This document shows, piece after piece, positions 27,064 to 41,153 of a DNA stretch of 64,000 bases; position 1 is the first letter of the stretch; each line of letters starts with the position of its first letter. A model generated the notes under the pieces. It ran no database searches and had not been told where the DNA came from. It saw only the letters and a program-made list of their open reading frames with translations. The stretch is from the NCBI GenBank assembly GCA_020137815.1, contig CM035358.1:4278001-4342000 (forward strand), read 5' to 3'. The DNA is from Hormiphora californensis (taxonomy: Eukaryota; Animalia; Ctenophora). Position numbers and translations under genes: made by a program.

Positions 27064-27504
27064 TCCTTTCGAGCTTGCTGTCTATAACAATGGGGGGATT
27101 TTATAGTCAACACGAAGGTCAGGGAGGGGTTGGTGGGAGGAATGATTATACCACGTGTTACAATCTATGTGACGTGGAAAATAGGAAATCAAAATACAAC
27201 TACAACCAATTATTGAGACAAAATCAAGGCGGAAGCTTGGTGGTGACGGCCCCGTCTAAATGTAAAACAGACGGTAAGATAGAGCTGCTGTAGAGGAGGT
27301 AGCTGTGAGTTCTCTAAAGCTCCGGTCACGTGACTCTATGGCTATAGTCACGTGACCAGCTGTAGAACTATGACAATGAGCGCTATTGTGCCGTTATATA
27401 ACAATGGCACGGTGGTGGTGGCACCCCCTGGATATAGACAGAGCTACAGATGAATGCCGCTGTATAGTGTCCCTGGACAGATGAATGCCGCTACTATTAT
27501 AGGT

Positions 27505-28590
27505 GTTGAGCAAGGGGTGGAGACAACAAGCCACTATGGGGGGGGTGTGGACACGTACTAGCCATGCCGCTACCAGCTACAATAGGGGGGTGGACACTGG
27601 ACTAGCTAGCTGTTGGGTGGAGACAACAAGCTACAAGGGTGGCGGACACGTACTAGCCATGCCGCTACCAGCTACAATAGGGGGGGGTGGACACTGGACT
27701 AGTTAGCTGTTGGGTAGATACAACAAGCTACAAGGGTGGCGGACACGTACTGGCTATTCCAGTAAAAGGGAAGGAGGGATAACTCCACATGAAGCTATGA
27801 TGACATTGAGCAAGGGGTGGAGACAACAAGCTACAAGGGTGGCGGACACGTACTGGCCATGCCACTACCAGCTACAATAGGGGGTGGACACTGGACTAGC
27901 TTGCTGTTGAGTGGAGACAACAAGCTACTAACTGTAGGGTGGCGGACACGTACTAGCCATGCCACTACCAGCTACAATAGGGGGGTGGACACTGGACTAG
28001 CTAGCTGTTGGGTGGAGACAACAAGCTACAAGGGTGGCGGACACGTACTAGCCATGCCGCTACCAGCTACAATAGGGGGGGGTGGACACTGGACTAGTTA
28101 GCTGTTGGGTAGATACAACAAGCTACAAGGGTGGCGGACACGTACTGGCTATTCCAGTAAAAGGGAAGGAGGGATAACTCCACATGAAGCTATGATGACA
28201 TTGAGCAAGGGGTGGAGACAACAAGCTACTAGGGGGGCTGGACACGTACTAGCCATGCCGCTACCAGCTACAATAGGGGGGTGGACACTGGACTAGTTAG
28301 CTGTTGGGTGGAGACAACACGCTACAAGGGTGGCGGACACGTACTGGCCATGCCGCTACCAGCTACAATAGGGGGGTGGACACTGGACTAGCTTGCTGTT
28401 GGGTGGAGACAACAAGCTACAAGGGTGGCGGACACGTACTAGCCATGCCGCTACCAGCTACAATAGGGGGGGTGGACACTGGACTAGTTAGCTGTTGGGT
28501 GGAGACAACACGCTACAAGGGTGGCGGACACGTACTGGCTATTCCAGTAAAAGGAAGGAGGGATAACTCCACATGAAGATATGATGACAT
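27505..28590. repeat. ~97-bp minisatellite with higher-order structure
   Basis: Unit GGGTGGAGACAACAAGCTACAAGGGTGGCGGACACGTACTAGCCATGCC...; a ~60-bp spacer recurs three times. Confidence 0.92.
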
Positions 28591-28974
28591 AAATAAGACC
28601 TGCTGGTGAAGCACCCTACTATTGACACTCTATTACCATCTTTTCTGAGACCTGTCATTGTTCATTTTCAATCGAACTCCTAACAATGGGCACATCGTGC
28701 AATCACATGTACGTAGCACACCCAACATCTTCCCTGGGTCCCTATTCTCATTTCCGAACGTGCGAGAACAGTGGCTACGGGCTATAGAGCTTTGGCCTGA
28801 TAGAGCTCCTTATTTAGCCAACCTCCCGACATTTTTCCATATCAAATCCTTTATCTCAACCCCTGTATCTTAATTGTCAATTGGGATTTACTTAGTATAG
28901 ATTCAATCTAATCTCGAACAGTTTCTTTACTCACAGTACTCACACCAATGAGACACTACTTCGACAAACATATA

Positions 28975-29566
28975 CCAAGTCAACCAGTAACCACCCGTCA
29001 TACCAAGTTAACCACCCGTCATACCAAGTTAACCACCCGTTACACCAAGTTAACCACCCGTCATACCAAGTTAACCACCCCTCATACCAAGTTAACCACC
29101 CGTTATACCAAGTTAACCACCCGTCACACCAAGTTAACCACCCGTCATACCAGGTTAACCATCCGTCACACCAAGTTAACCACCCGTCATACCAAGTTAA
29201 CCACCCGTCATACCAAGTTAACCACCCGTCATACCAAGTTAACCACCCGTCATACCAAGGTAACCACCCATCATACCAAGTTAACCACCCGTCATACCAA
29301 GTTAACCACCTGTCATACCAAGTTAACCACCCGTCATACCAAGTTAACCACCCGTCATACCAAGTTAACCAACTGTCATGCCAAGTTAACCACCCGTCAT
29401 ACCAAGTTAACCACCCGTCATACCAAGTTAACCAACTGTCATGCCAAGTTAACCACCCATCATACCAAGTTAACCACCCATCATACCAAGTTAACCACCT
29501 GCCATACCAAGTTAACCACCCAACATACCAAGTTAACCACCCAACATACCAAGTTAACCACCCGTC
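28975..29566. repeat. 21-bp minisatellite (ACCACCCGTCATACCAAGTTA)n, ~28 copies
   Basis: Read directly. Confidence 0.96.
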
Positions 29567-30882
29567 TTCCTTTCGCTCGCTTGCCCCACCCCGTCCCTGT
29601 TTCAATAACTCTGTTATTCGAACACATTTCAAAAGATGCCCACTATGTGTGTCAAGTTTCTGTCTATTTTCGAGTTCCAACGAACACAAAACGTGCCACT
29701 CGTTAGTTTGGGCCTCTAGTAACATGACAATTGATATATCAGACACTAGACAATAGAGCTCTATATTCAACACTTTGTTCCCCACTCTTGTCCATATAGC
29801 TCCATTCAGCCACAAACTATTGCCCCCGAAAGCTGGTTAGTGGCTGATATAAATTATAATAGTAGCTGCTCTAAAAAGCCTTTGTACTGTCTTTGATTAT
29901 TGTACACTTCCGGGCCCCCCGCCCCCAAAAGCTAGTTAGTGGCTGAATTAGTTAGTCTTTGAATACTTCCGGGCTCCCTTTTGTACCAACAAAGCGCTCA
30001 GTTTTATGTGGCAACTCACCTGATCTGGAATAAGTTAGGAGGCCAGCCTAGTCCACAAAGAGTACAGTTGTTGAGTTACTTAACAAAGAAATAGTAGTGT
30101 GTGTCAGCTTGGGGGAATAATAAGCGGGCCTATTATTATACCAGCTCAAGCTGACGCACTGTTCTTTGTGAGATATAGGACCACACCACCATCTAGGCGG
30201 TGCTGCTCATTGTCCACTTTTTGTCAGTTTCTGTTCCATTGTCCCATCACAGCTCCCCTTGTTCCGTAGCTCTCTCTACAGCTCCCACATCACGTGATGA
30301 CCCCTCACACAAAGACACCCCCAACGCAGACACTACACATCATCTTAAGTTGGAGATTGAGCTTCTTCTACGTAACTAGAGGGTGGGAGTGGAGCTTTTA
30401 GAGGTGGTGATGGTAGCTTCGGTGTTTGGATCTATTTAGATCCCAATCTTATTAAAACCACCCAGATTCTATAACGACCTTATCCTTTTAAAACCCGTCT
30501 TTGAATAAAACCAGGATATTGCCATAGATTGCACCTGCAGTATCCGCAATGTTTGTTTTGCTTTCTCACGAAGAGAGTGTGGAGATTCTAACGGCTCCAT
30601 TTGAGCCACAATTTGAACTATTTCCCTCCAATATTCCTGGTTATCATTCTATTATATGCCATGAATTTTCTTAGCAGCTGTATAATTCATTCTTGTAATA
30701 TAATCGTTAACAAGATCGCTTTCTTGACGCTATCATTTCCCTGACGCACTGCAATCGAGACACGTGTTACAAGTCTTTACGTCACTAGGAATACCACGTG
30801 GTATATATATCGCACCAAACCGTGTAGATCTAACGTAGTGTTTATGTAACCATGTCTCTCTCTCTCTCTCTCTTACTCTCTC

Positions 30883-30979
<97 letters not shown>

Positions 30980-31032
30980 CGCGTGTGTGATGTTTATAGA
31001 GAACTACGGTGGTGTGCGGCTGGTTGAACAAG

Positions 31033-34000
31033 ATGTCTTGTGTGTTACCAGTCCTGCTCGTCGTCCTTCTCTCATGTGTTCATGGGGATGTGTACATGAG
31101 CAACCCCCGAGGAAGCAATAACAGGTAATTATATAGTCAATTAATTAGTTTAAGTTGATTATCTTTGCTTATAAAGGGATTTCTGGTAAAGCGCTCGACA
31201 GGATCAAGATTCTGGAGCAGATTACAAAGTACATAATACAAGATTTAATAATTGCAATTGTTCTCTCTCTCTCTCTCTCTTATTAAATCTTGTCTTACTT
31301 TGTAGTAATTTAATTAGTTAATTAACTGATTTGTTAGCCATAATATAGCATTGAGATGACTGGTGACCCCGTGTTTTGATTATAAAAAGTGTGTGCCACC
31401 AAACAGGATTTGTGCACCACTGTGCCATCATCGATCCTCGTATTCCGTTTTGTTCTTGAAGCTCCAGATACAACACTGTCGAGCACTGTCACCTCGTAGA
31501 CGTATCCCCCCCCCCCATTGATTAAATTATATTCTCAGATTGAATGAACAATCCGCGGCACGAAAGAATGGAAACCGACTCTTTGACAGCCAGAACAATG
31601 CCCGTGGAGGGTACAATACTGGAGATGCAACCAGTGGAGCCGCTGGAAACGATCCTACCAAACAGTATGCCTTTGTAAGTAGGGGGGCATCGAAACGGGG
31701 TAGTTAATTAAAAGAGGTAGAGGGTCGAGATGCGACTAGTGGAGCCGTGGGGGGGGACAGAGAAACTGGGTAGCTAAATGAAAAGGGTAGAGGGTCGAGA
31801 TGCGACTAGTGGAGCCGGTGGGGGGGGGGGAACTGGGTAGCTAAATAAAAAGGGTAGAGGGTCGAGATGCGACTAGTGGAGCCGGTGGGGGCAGGGAAAC
31901 TGGGTAGCTAAATGAAAAGGGTAAAGGCGTGGAGGCCTTTGTAAGGAGGTTATTGGGTAGCTTGTGTAGAGACTAGAGAACAATATGATATGGGATTATT
32001 GGGTGGAGGGTGGAATGAAAAGAGTAGCTGGGGATGATTAGGTGAAAAGGGAATAGAAAGTATTTAGAGAATCAACTAATTGTAATTAATTAATTCATCC
32101 ATCCTCTTTCAGCAATACTTGCAAATTATATTTAATCAATTAATTAATCCCTTTTCTCTCAGCAATACTACGCTAGTGGACCAACCAAGGCGGAGCAGTC
32201 TAAGCTTATTGTTGAGTGGACAAACCAGCATGGTTGTGGTGGAAACCCTGACTCACCCCATAAAACCAACTGCAACCTGGTCGTACAGGTACGTTCCCTA
32301 GTCAGAATATAATACGTATTATTTTCAACAATACGTATTAAATACGCGCGCAAATATGTATTTAATACGTATTAAATACGTATTATATGTCGAAAATACA
32401 GAAAAGCCGCGCATTTAGCAAGTGCTACCATCGCGAGCCGCACAACTTCCGACCCAATTTTAGGTCAAAAGCGCGTTACAGATACGACATACAGCCTCAC
32501 CCTGCCACATGTCCCAATACAGCTCTGCCGCGAAATGTTACTGTGTTCCTCCGTCTTCTAAAACAGGTCCCTGTCCCAATACAGCTCTGCCACGAATTGC
32601 TACTGTGTTCCTCCGTCTTCTAAAACAGGTCCCTGTCCCAATACAACTCTGCCACGAATTGCTACTGTCTTCCCCCGCCTTCTAAAACAGGTCCATGTCC
32701 CAATACAGCTCTGCCACGAATTGCTACTGTGTTCCCCTCCTTCTAAAACAGGTCCCTGTCCCAGTACAGCTCTGCTACGAATTGCTACTGTCTTCCCCCG
32801 CCTTCTAAAACAGGTCCCTGTCCCACTACAGCTCTGTCACGAATTGCTACTGTCTTCCCCCGCCTTCTAAAACAGGTCCCTGTCCCAGTACAGCTCTGCC
32901 ACGAATTGCTACTGTCTTCCCCCGCCTTCTAAAACAGGTCCCTGTCCCACTACAGCTCTGCCACGAATTGCTACTGTGTTCCTCCGTCTTCTAAAACAGG
33001 TCCCTGTCCCACTACAGCTCTGCCACGAATTGCTACTACGGAGGAAGACAGTAGCAATTCGCGGCAGAGCTGTACTGGGACAGGGACCTGTTTTAGAAGA
33101 CGGAGGAAGACAGTAGCAATTCGTGGCAGAGCTGTATTGGGACAGGGACCTCTTTTAGAAGACGGAGGAACACAGTAGCAATTCGTGGCAGAGCTGAATT
33201 GGGACAGGGACCTGTTTTAGAAGGAGGGGAACACAGTAGCAATTCGTGGCAGAGCTGTAGTGGGACAGGGACCTGTTTTAGAAGGCGGGGGAAGACAGTA
33301 GCAATTCGTGGCAGAGCTGTAGTGGGACAGGGATCTGCTTTAGAAGGCGGGGGAACACAGTAGCAATTCGTGGCAGAGCTGTAGTGGGATAGGGACCTGT
33401 TTTAGAAGGCGGGGGAAGACAGTAGCAATTCGTGGCAGAGCTGTAGTGGGACAGGGACCTGTTTTAGAAGACGGAGGAAGACAGTAGCAATTCGTGGCAG
33501 AGCTGTATTGGGACAGGGACCTGTTTTAGAAGACGGAGGAAGACAGTAGCAATTCGTGGCAGAGCTGTATTGGGACAGGGACCTGTTTTAGAAGGCGGGG
33601 GAACACAGTAGCAATTCGTGGCAGAGCTGTAGTGGGACAGGGACCTGTTTTAGAAGGCGGGGGAAGACAGTAGCAATTCGTGGCAGAGCTGTAGTGGGAC
33701 AGGGATCTGCTTTAGAAGGCGGGGGAACACAGTAGCAATTCGTGGCAGAGCTGTAGTGGGATAGGGACCTGTTTTAGAAGGCGGGGGAAGACAGTAGCAA
33801 TTCGTGGCAGAGCTGTAGTGGGACAGGGACCTGTTTTAGAAGACGGAGGAAGACAGTAGCAATTCGTGGCAGAGCTGTATTGGGACAGGGACCTGTTTTA
33901 GAAGACGGAGGAAGACAGTAGCAATTCGTGGCAGAGCTGTATTGGGACAGGGACCTGTTTTAGAAGACGGAGGAAGACAGTAGCAATTCGTGGCAGAGCT

Positions 34001-37000
34001 GAATTGGGACAGGGACCTGTTTTAGAAGGAGGGGGAAGACAGTAGCAATTCGTGGCAGAGCTGTACTGGGACAGGGACCTGTTTTAGAAGGCGGGGGAAC
34101 ACAGTAGCAATTCGTGGCAGAGCTGTATTGGGACAGGGACCTGTTTTAGAAGGAGGGGAACACAGTAACAATTCGTGGCAGAGCTGTATAATTGGGACAG
34201 GGACCTGTTTTAGAAGGCGGGTGAAGACAGTAGCAATTCGTGGCAGAGCTGTACTGGGACAGGGACCTGTTTTAGAAGGCGGGGGAACACAGTAGCAATT
34301 CGTGGCAGAGCTGTAGTGGGACAGGGACCTGTTTCAGAAGGCGGGGGAAGACAGTAGCAATTCGTGGCAGAGCTGTAGTGGGACAGGGACCTGTTTTAGA
34401 AGACGGAGGAAGACAGTAGCAATTCGTGGCAGAGCTGTATTGGGACAGGGACCTGTTTTAGAAGGCGGGTGAAGACAGTAGCAATTCGTGGCAGAGCTGT
34501 ACTGGGACAGGGACCTGTTTTAGAAGGCGGGGGAACACAGTAGCAATTCGTGGCAGAGCTGTACTGGGACAGGGACCTGTTTTAGAAGACGGGGGAACAC
34601 AGTAGCAATTCGTGGCAGAGCTGTATTGGGACAGGGACCTGTTTTAGAAGGCGGGGGAACACAGTAGCAATTCGTGGCAGAGCTGTAGTGGGACAGGGAC
34701 CTGTTTTAGAAGGCGGGTGAAGACAGTAGCAATTCGTGGCAGAGCTGTACTGGGACAGGGACCTGTTTTAGAAGGCGGGGGAACACAGTAGCAATTCGTG
34801 GCAGAGCTGTACTGGGACAGGGACCTGTTTTAGAAGACGGGGGAACACAGTAGCAATTCGTGGCAGAGCTGTATTGGGACAGGGACCTGTTTTAGAAGGC
34901 GGGTGAAGACAGTAGCAATTCGTGGCAGAGCTGTATTGGGACAGGGACCTGTTTTAGAAGGCGGGGGAAGACAGTAGCAATTCGTGGCAGAGCTGTACTG
35001 GGACAGGGACTTGGATCCATCGCATCCTATTCTCGCTCCGCGAATAATAGGATCCCGGTCCGTTGAGAGCAAGAACTCACGTGCGCGCGAAATAAAGCAC
35101 GTTTTCAACAAATCGCGCGTGATAGACCGTTTTTGGAGACCTTTTTAGCTGACCTAGCACTACTCAAAGGTAAATTGTGGTCTCATTTCGCATCGTGATG
35201 AATCGGCGGGTATTTTCCCATACTCACGAGGCCATGACGATTCCCCCAGTACCCGCAGATTGTCCCAGGACCGAGTAGGAGCTTGCAGCCAGGTCTTTAA
35301 AGAATCGCTCATGTTTCGTGTCAATTTTGACCCACTATTCCTTAAATGCTGAAATTCGCGGGTATTTTCCGTAAAAATAGAGACAAGTATCTGCCAGGAG
35401 CAACAAACGAGATGCAAATCGGTTCAGTAGTTCCTTGCAGCCAGGTCTTTGAAAAAGTTTGCTCTAAAATCAATAACGCGCCGGAGGCCTAGATGTGAGA
35501 TCGAACTCGGTCGCTGCGCGACCTCGATCTCACTCAGGCATCAATGTGGCCAAGACAGGGACCTGTTTTAGAAGACGGGGGAACACAGTAGCAATTCGTG
35601 GCAATTCTTCTTCTTCTTGCAGCTGGTCCCTTTTACGAATTGCTGCTGTTTTTCCCGCGCTCTAGGTTCATCCAACGCGACTTTCAGCCTCAGCTTGGAC
35701 GTTTAATGGCGCGGCTCAAGTGCTAAATGCGCGGCTTTTCTGTATTTTCGGCTTATAATACGTATTTAATACGTATTAAATACATATTTGCGCGCGTATT
35801 TAATACGTATTGTTGAAAATAATACGTATTATATTCTGACTAGGGTTGCTATGGGTATCTAGACTCTAGATTCTAGAGTTGTTGCTATGGCAACCAAGGA
35901 CAGGGTGTGGGAAACCCTGACTCACCCCGCAAAAACCAACTGCAACCTGGTCGTACAGGTACGTTGCTATGGGTATCTAGACTCTAGATTCTAGAGTTGT
36001 TGCTATGGCAACCAAGCCTTGGTTACCAAGGACAGGGTGTGGGAAACCCCTATTTTGTACAGGTACAAAATAGGCTCAAACCACGTTGCTAGGGATTCTA
36101 GAGCTGTTGCTATAGCAACTAAGGACAGGGAAACCCCATTCTATATTTAGTTAATCGATCAATGAAGGACTTGAATTGTTCATTTGTCCATACTATAGCG
36201 CAGACACAGTATCAGGCGACTCAAGGTCTGTCTTTCTTCTGTCATTTCGTTTAGCAACCTTTCATTGCGGCTCAGTTTATATGGTACATATAAAGTTTTA
36301 GGAGACTTTTAGCTAAAGTTTTAGCTTGTCAGGCTTACTTCATTATTATAATACTACTATAACAGTAGTAGCTACAAATTGAGGCTTCCTTCTAGCGTGC
36401 AAGTGTCGAGTATATAAACTTTAGAATTGCTCATTTTACATCTCCGACGTGGTGTAGGGGTTAGCATCTGTGGCTCTCACCCACAAGACCCGGGTTCGAT
36501 TCCCGGCGCCGGAACATTTTTGTTGGACTTTTCTAGAAATGGCCAAAACTACAAAATTTGACTGGCACAAAACTCAATCAAACGTCTCTCCGACGTGGTG
36601 TAGGGGTTAGCATCTGTGGCTCTCACCCACAAGACCCGGGTTCGATTCCCGGCGCCGGAACATTTTTGTTGGACTTTTCTAGAAATGGCCAAAACTACAA
36701 AATTTGACTGGCACAAAACTCAATCAAATGTCTCTCCGACGTGGTGTAGGGGTTAGCATCTGTGGCTCTCACCCACAAGACCCGGGTTCGATTCCCGGCG
36801 CCGGAACATTTTTGCTAAAACTCGCCCCTGTTTCAGATGATGTGTATGAGTCAGGGGGATGAGGATGATTACCCTACCGGACAGGGAAATGATGCAACTA
36901 GTATGTATGAGAGGAACACCTATATGAGGGATGGTACTGATAGAAATACACAGGTATAGAGATTACAAAGTTAAAAGGAAGGATGCCTCCGTTGCCATGT

Positions 37001-40000
37001 TGTCATGGTAACGAAAGGGTGTCTAACTAACTGGTTGCTCACATACCACACTCAATAGTCATAGCTTGTTGTTACGCAAACACAAAACTTTCATAAAACT
37101 GTCACAGAAGCTCCCACCTCTGACAAATGTTAGTCAAACATACAACGATCTCCTTTTTCCCCCGATCTCCTCTTTTCCCTCCTCTTACCATCCAGAAAAG
37201 TGTCTAGTGATCTCGAACTCCAATCTACCAACATATAACCGCTACTCTCGCAACTACCCCATTCCCCTAGTGACGGACTACCCCCAAAACCCCTCTCGCC
37301 TCCGTTTACGAATACAAGTGACCCCAGGCTGCGCTGCTGCTGCGGTCATCCCACTGCCCCGTGCGCTCTTAGGAGCTAAATCGGTAGGCCAGCTACCGCC
37401 CGACCTCCTTAGGCTAACAGCCCAGTCTCCTCGCTCTTTAGGTACAGACTGGGAGGCCGCGCAACTCCGGGCCCCGGGGCCTTAGGGTCAAGTCGAGCCG
37501 GCACGCCGCCGGCTCGCACGGCTGTTAGGGACTACGATCAGGCCCAGGGTCGCACTCTCGCTCTTAGGGCGAGGTGTGCAGGCCGGCAAGCTCCCTCCAC
37601 GACGTTGGTGTACAATAGTCCCAGCCTCCCGCTCTCCTCCTGGAGCAGTCGAGCCCCAGGCTGCTGCTGCGCGCTCCGTTGGACAAATCGGCGGCAGACT
37701 CCCGCTCGCTCTTTGGACTACATCACCGCCAACTCCTGCCCCTCTCCCTGCCTTTAGGACTAAGAGCCCACTCCGTCTCCCTCCTTTAGGACTACAATCA
37801 GCCCCCAACTCCTCCCCTCTCCCTCCTTTAGGACTACAATCAGCCCCCAACTCCTCCCCTCTCCCTCCTTTAGGACTACAATCAGCCCTCAACTCCTCCC
37901 CTCTCCCTCCCAACTCCTCCCCTCTCCCTCCCAACTCCTCCCCTCTCCCTCCTTTAGGACTACAATCAGCCCAACAAGAACGAGATTACGGGTGATGATT
38001 GGAATACCAAGAATACCAACTATAATAACCGTATGAATGGTAACTACCAGAATGTCAAGACTGTGAGGGGACTACAGGAGACGGTGTGGTGGTACGACAT
38101 GTGCAGGTGAGCTGGGGGTGTGGGGGGTGGGGTGCAGGTGAGCTGGGGGTGTGGGGGGGTGCAGGGGTGCAGACTGCAGGGCGGTGGTGGGGTGCTGGGC
38201 GGGCGGGGTGTGGGCAGGGGTGGGGGACTACAGGAGACGGTGTGGTGGTACGAAATGTGCATGACTGCTGCAGGTGAGAGCATTGGTACTTTCAGGGGGC
38301 AGGAGTCTAAGTCATACCGATGACATGTGAAAACTTCAAAAAATCCGACTTTAAACCTCCTTGTTATATTCGGTGATATTGACACGTTACTTACAATGTC
38401 TAGGTACCGAGAAGCTAACGGAGGACTATACAGAGCCGACCAGAACCTAGGAAAGGGTAGTCTGGGCTACATTGGCAGTGAGCGGACTCGCCAGAACAAC
38501 GACGGTAACAGGAGGGGGTACGAGTGTCCGGAAGAGAGAGATCACTACCCCTACTGGCAACCCACCCACCAGTCAGATTATGTGGCTTCCTCCCAGAGGA
38601 CACCATGGATTGATATGGCGTTTGTTAGTGGAAACAGCACTGACTGTGATCGAGTAGAGAAGGTAAAATATTTTTCATCAAAATCCTGCATTATAATCCT
38701 TCCTTTTTACAAAAGTTTTATCCCTGTACATCCTAGATTGGAATTAATGGAGTTAGGAGTAACTTACTTTTTTACTTCGAATCATTCCAAGTTATCCACT
38801 AATATCCCCTCCACTTCCAGGGCACTGAGAACCAGAATGGAAAATACCGTTGTGTTCCCCCTGCTGAGAGCACCAGAAGGTATGACAGGTGGATTACCGA
38901 GGATTCCTGCACAGAAAATGGAGGTTAGTAACTGTCAGAAGAGTGAAAAATAAGAGTAAAATCGTTACGAAACACGCTTCCTAGTGTGTTTTGATTGATC
39001 ATAACTAAATTATATCCCTCTTTTGCTCTCTCCCCTCACTCTCCCCAAAGCATCTCTCTCTTTCCCCTCGCTCTCCCCCTGACCCCCTAGCCTCTCCTCA
39101 TATCCAGCTCTCCTTCTCTCCCCAGGTTCGTGGGTGATGTTCCACAGTTTCCTTGAGGTGATTGAAGCTGCTGGTGATGAGGGTGAATGTAACAACTACA
39201 AGAACAAGGACAAGAGAAACACGATTACATGGATGCCCCTCAGGGTAAGGATAGTTTGGTAGTTGGCGCCAATTTCACTTTCAGTGCCGAAAACTCCTAG
39301 TATATCACCGATTTTGTATTTTGAAATAATGCAAACAGCACCAATATTCTAAATAACAAGATTTCATTCGCTGTGACACCGTTATATTAATCAATCATCC
39401 TTGTAATGTTTTTTTCAGAGTGACAGCACCGAGAAGAAGTGTGTTGTCCAGGCTCCTGCCCCGAAATGTGGCCAAGCTCCCTGGACCCGGGTTAACCACT
39501 TGGGTAACTCGATTGACACCAATGGAAATGCATCCAGGGTTGAAATTGATATGCCTTACTTCCCCAGTGGAATTGAGAAAAGATGCGTCATGAGACTCAG
39601 GTACTAATAACGATATATATATATATACAGTCGGACACCGATTAACCAGGATGCTAACTAATGTGCCCATGTGTTTACAGGTATAACATCACGACTGATG
39701 AGTTTGATAACTACGGGACTGATCACACCGATAACGAGGATCAAGATAATGGTGTCATCTCACCAGTTGAGGATAACCCTTATATTGATATTGCAGGTAG
39801 GTTGATCAGGATAACCCCTATATTGATATTGCCGGTAGGTGCATGAAACATATCATAATATGAAACATATCATAGCTGGGAATTTGGGGGATGTCTGAGT
39901 TGAACAGAACCCCTATAATATTGTTGACTATCATAATTATGATACCGCGTTTAACCACCCCTTCTTACAATAGGAGAGGCCAGACCACTCCGTCTCGCGA

Positions 40001-41114
40001 TGAATACCAATCAGTTTGGACGGACATTCCAGGATAGGACCCACGTGTTCAAGATCCTTCCCAGGACCAGTGCCATGGAGGGAAAAGTAATCAACAATCT
40101 CAATGTAAGTGTTGTCCGTACTTTAACCCTTGGGGAGTTTTTCAATGCTTGTACTTTAAACCCTTTGGGGACATTGGGTCACCTCTCGATTTATCGGAAT
40201 GCCCGGTTTCAATCGGTTGCTAGTTACCTGGGGTCAGTAAATCAGAGGGCTGGTAAATCTAGGTCCTGTAAATCGGGAACGGTGTCTGTACAACAATATC
40301 ACACTTCTGCAGGTTCGAGGGAAGAGAGGAAACATTGTCCAGACCTTCCCTGCTGTTGAGTATGACTTTGTGCCCAACAAGCTCACCATTGGACAGGATG
40401 AGCTTCTTCACATCCAGTGGACAGGTAATGGGATCATTACTAATTTTTGTAAATTTTTAGATGTGCATAATTTAGTCTTTTCGGATGGGGGGAGAATGTG
40501 GGATTTACTAATTTTTTTCTCCAGGTTCCAACACCCACAACAACGGTAACAGTGGTGGAGATGGCCAGACCGGTGATGCTGGGGATGGAACCGGCGGTAC
40601 TGACCGACACAACTTCCTCCAGATGGTCCGATCTGACCTCAACTTCCCGGTAAATTTACAAATATGTATATACCCTACTAGCTTAAATAACCCGCCAGTG
40701 GCGAGCAGTGTCACTGGTAAATATTTGTTGAGTCTGGCGATATTTTGGGAATTCGGGCACATTCATATTCTTCAACTATGTGGGAACCATTTAGGGAGGT
40801 TTTCATCTCCAAACATGTTTCAGAGCCCATACGAGAACACCACATTCTGGGATATGGTTGAGAGTGTCAACTATCCTGAGGCCAGCTCACTAGATCTAGC
40901 CGTCGGTTATGCAACTTCCGGTTATTATTGCGGTATGTGTTGAAATCTTCATCATTTATGTAAAACGGAAACGGTAAAAGCATTTAGTACTCAAGACATC
41001 GATTTTATTTTCTCTCGAGTTGATCTGTCTCTCTCTCTCAAATCTCGTCGAAGCAGATGTCTCTCTCTCTCTCGAGGCTGATGTCTCTCTCTCTCCCTCT
41101 CTCCTCTCATCTCG

Positions 41115-41153
<39 letters not shown>

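Noticed and set aside
27503-28576. Short repeated ORFs (ETTSYKGGGHVLAMP)
   Set aside because: Products of the 97-bp minisatellite.
28940-29815. ORFs with WYDGWLT / TTRHTKL repeats
   Set aside because: Stop-free translation of a 21-bp minisatellite on both strands.
32510-35010. CRISPR-like regular array
   Set aside because: Contiguous 62-bp units without unique spacers, no cas genes, eukaryotic intron.
37066-37995. Pro/Ala-rich 139-148 aa ORFs
   Set aside because: Overlap GC-rich degenerate acceptor repeats in an intron; no domain signal.
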